Positions 24,973 to 26,637 of a stretch of 26,637 bases of DNA are shown here, in pieces. The notes under the pieces were generated by a model. It was not told the DNA's origin. It was given only the letters and a program-made list of their open reading frames with translations, and did not search any database. This DNA is from Chthoniobacterales bacterium. GTDB lineage: Bacteria > Verrucomicrobiota > Verrucomicrobiia > Chthoniobacterales > Chthoniobacteraceae. Location: NCBI GenBank assembly GCA_038260125.1, contig JBBSOD010000001.1:1-26637 (forward strand), written 5' to 3'. Numbering within the stretch: position 1 is the first letter of the stretch; every line of letters starts with the position of its first letter. Position numbers and translations under genes: made by a program.

Positions 24973-25646
24973 CGGTGACAGCCCGAGCAGTTCTGTGGCG
25001 GATTCACGCGCCAGGCATTCTTGAGTTTCAGGCCGATCTCGCGCTGCGACTCGATCGCGTTGCCCGACCCATCGACCGGCGGATGCCAGGCCAGATTAAA
25101 GACCTCGCTCTGCGGCCGCAGATGATTCTCGGGCGCGCGGTGACAGTCCAGACAGAAACTCATGCTCAGCGGTTTCTGGTGCGAGACCACCTTCATTTCA
25201 TTGACCGGGCCATGGCAACTGAAGCAGCTCACTCCCCGGTTCACGTGCACCGAGTGGTTGAAATAAACGTAGTCCGGCGTCTTGTGCACCTGCACCCACG
25301 GGATCGGCTGGCCCGTTTCCACGCTCTGGCGCACCGTGGCCAGCTTCGGGCTGTCCCAGAGCACCCCGCCCTCGCGATGGCAGTTGTTGCAGGTCTGCGT
25401 GTTCGGCACGTTCGAGTGCGCGCCCACCTCCACGAAACTGTGGCAGTAGCGGCAGTCCATCCCGAGCTGCGCCACATGCACATCGTGCGGAAAAGCCTGC
25501 GGCTGGTTCGGCTCGTAGCCTACCCGCGTGTATTTCGGCGTGAAATAATACCACACGCCAGCCGTCACCGTCCCGCCGAGGATCAGCAGGCAGAGAATAA
25601 TCTTGAGCGGAAGAAAATTCGTCCAGCGCGGGAAAAAGTTCGCCAT
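24969..25646 (-). CDS. actA: ACIII pentaheme cytochrome c ActA
   Basis: One TM helix and five CxxCH motifs (CRYCH, CNNCH, CFSCH, CLDCH, CSGCH); YVYFNHSVH. ATGA overlap with actB. Confidence 0.96.
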   Translation of the reverse strand: MANFFPRWTNFLPLKIILCLLILGGTVTAGVWYYFTPKYTRVGYEPNQPQAFPHDVHVAQLGMDCRYCHSFVEVGAHSNVPNTQTCNNCHREGGVLWDSPKLATVRQSVETGQPIPWVQVHKTPDYVYFNHSVHVNRGVSCFSCHGPVNEMKVVSHQKPLSMSFCLDCHRAPENHLRPQSEVFNLAWHPPVDGSGNAIESQREIGLKLKNAWRVNPPQNCSGCHR

Positions 25647-25680
25647 TCTAAAGTTCTAAGGCTGTGCGGGTGAAGCGGAG

Positions 25681-25697
25681 TGACGCGGTCCGCGTCA
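25681..25697. promoter_or_regulatory. Candidate operator upstream of actA
   Basis: Perfect dyad TGACGCGG-T-CCGCGTCA, 35 bp upstream of the actA ATG. Confidence 0.4.
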
Positions 25698-25814
25698 AAA
25701 TCGGGCCATGATTTGAAGGACTTTGCGCAGCCTCTGCAAACATTTTTCGCGCAAATTTAAAAAAACGGAAAGCCAGCCGAGGCAGTCGATTCATTTCAGC
25801 CGAAAACATCCCCG

Positions 25815-26111
25815 TTACGAGATCTCCTCATCCTGCCCCGGCAAGCGGTGCCCCAGGCCTTTCCAGACGCCCGCAGCCCCCTTGCGCACGAGCACGCGGA
25901 CCACACCCACGGCCACCCCGGTGCAAACGCCCCAGAGCAGCGCATCCGTCCATTTAGTGCCGTAGTGCTCCGGATTGAGCGGTGGCGGCGTGCCGCGCAT
26001 ATACTTCCAGCCGAGGCGCGAGACGCTGAAAGTAAATCGTGACGCCAGCATGACTACCAGCATCGAGACCAGGCCCCAGCGAAACTCATCCGAGTCGAAA
26101 TCTAAATCCAT
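25815..26111 (-). CDS. DUF4235-like small membrane protein
   Basis: W..MRGTPPP..PE....WTDALLWGVCTGVAVGVVRVLVRKGAAGVW pattern recognised from memory. Confidence 0.7.
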   Translation of the reverse strand: MDLDFDSDEFRWGLVSMLVVMLASRFTFSVSRLGWKYMRGTPPPLNPEHYGTKWTDALLWGVCTGVAVGVVRVLVRKGAAGVWKGLGHRLPGQDEEIS

Positions 26112-26413
26112 AGTCCCGCCATGCTACCGAACCGCCTCCACGCCGCAAGAGCAACCTGCGCTCACGCCGGAACTTTCGGGGGAAGTTCCCCCATCTTCAG
26201 CTCCGGTTCCGCGTCGGGAATGACTCAAGCCCTGAGGAACCGGTGCGGAGGTCTCGAACTCCGGTCTTCCTGGCGGCTGCCCGTTTCCAGCCCGGACGAA
26301 CGGAGCGCGCCTTCTCCGGCGGCGGCCGCCGGGATGTTGAAACGATGGACCGGAGACGGCATCGTCTCCGCTCATTCATGAGCTCACGGGCCGACTCTGA
26401 CTTCAGTTCCTGA

Positions 26414-26440
26414 AAATCCGCGTCATCCGTCAAATCCGCG
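26414..26440. repeat. Short 9-bp-period repeat unit
   Basis: AAATCCGCG-TCATCCGTC-AAATCCGCG; a single copy in this window. Confidence 0.45.
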
Positions 26441-26505
26441 GTTTCCGATCACGGTTTCAGGATGATCCGGAGCAGAAAACGCAGGTTCAATCCGGATGGG
26501 AGCCT

Positions 26506-26601
26506 CAGACCGTGGCACATGCTTCCAGCGAGTGAACCAGACCGTAGCACATGCTTCCAGCTTGTGAACCAGACCGTAGCACATGCTTCCAGCTTGTGAA
26601 C
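26506..26601 (+). repeat. Three tandem 32-bp units, each containing a GTRG REP-like hairpin
   Basis: CAGACC-GTRG-CACATGC-TTCCA-GC(T/G)(T/A)GTG-AAC x3. Copies 2 and 3 are identical; copy 1 differs at 3 positions. Confidence 0.9.
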
Positions 26602-26637
26602 CAAACCCGAAGCCGCAGGCTCTCTCCAATAATGGAG

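Noticed and set aside
26506-26601. CRISPR array
   Set aside because: The units are contiguous with no unique spacers, and there are no cas genes in the window.

Overview
This window has two distinct parts. Positions 1-4167 are the right end of a visibly lower-GC integrative element. It carries an unannotated, window-truncated HTH/AT-hook ORF (possible replication initiator), an XRE regulator, an excisionase-like gene and a tyrosine integrase. An intact IS5-family element sits in the CTAG shared by the xis and int stop codons. The element abuts the 5' end of tRNA-Ser(TGA). After an internally deleted IS110 relic, 4660-25646 is a ~21-kb all-minus-strand respiratory cluster. In transcription order it contains alternative complex III (actABCDEFG), a cbb3-like module (ccoN-like, ccoO-like, monoheme cytochrome c), an A1-type aa3 oxidase (coxA, coxC, subunit IV, two small membrane proteins, coxB) and maturation genes (ctaA, ctaB, sco-like, DUF420, ccsA-like). 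By-eye motif comparison shows a striking set of ligand losses. CcoN-like lacks all six His ligands, Sco-like lacks CxxxC and His, CcsA-like lacks the WWD/His half, and CoxA lacks the K-channel Lys while keeping its active site. GTRG-type REP hairpins occur in three intergenic sites. Gene order and repeat style suggest a PVC-superphylum host such as Verrucomicrobiota (inference). All alignments were done by eye; no database searches were run.
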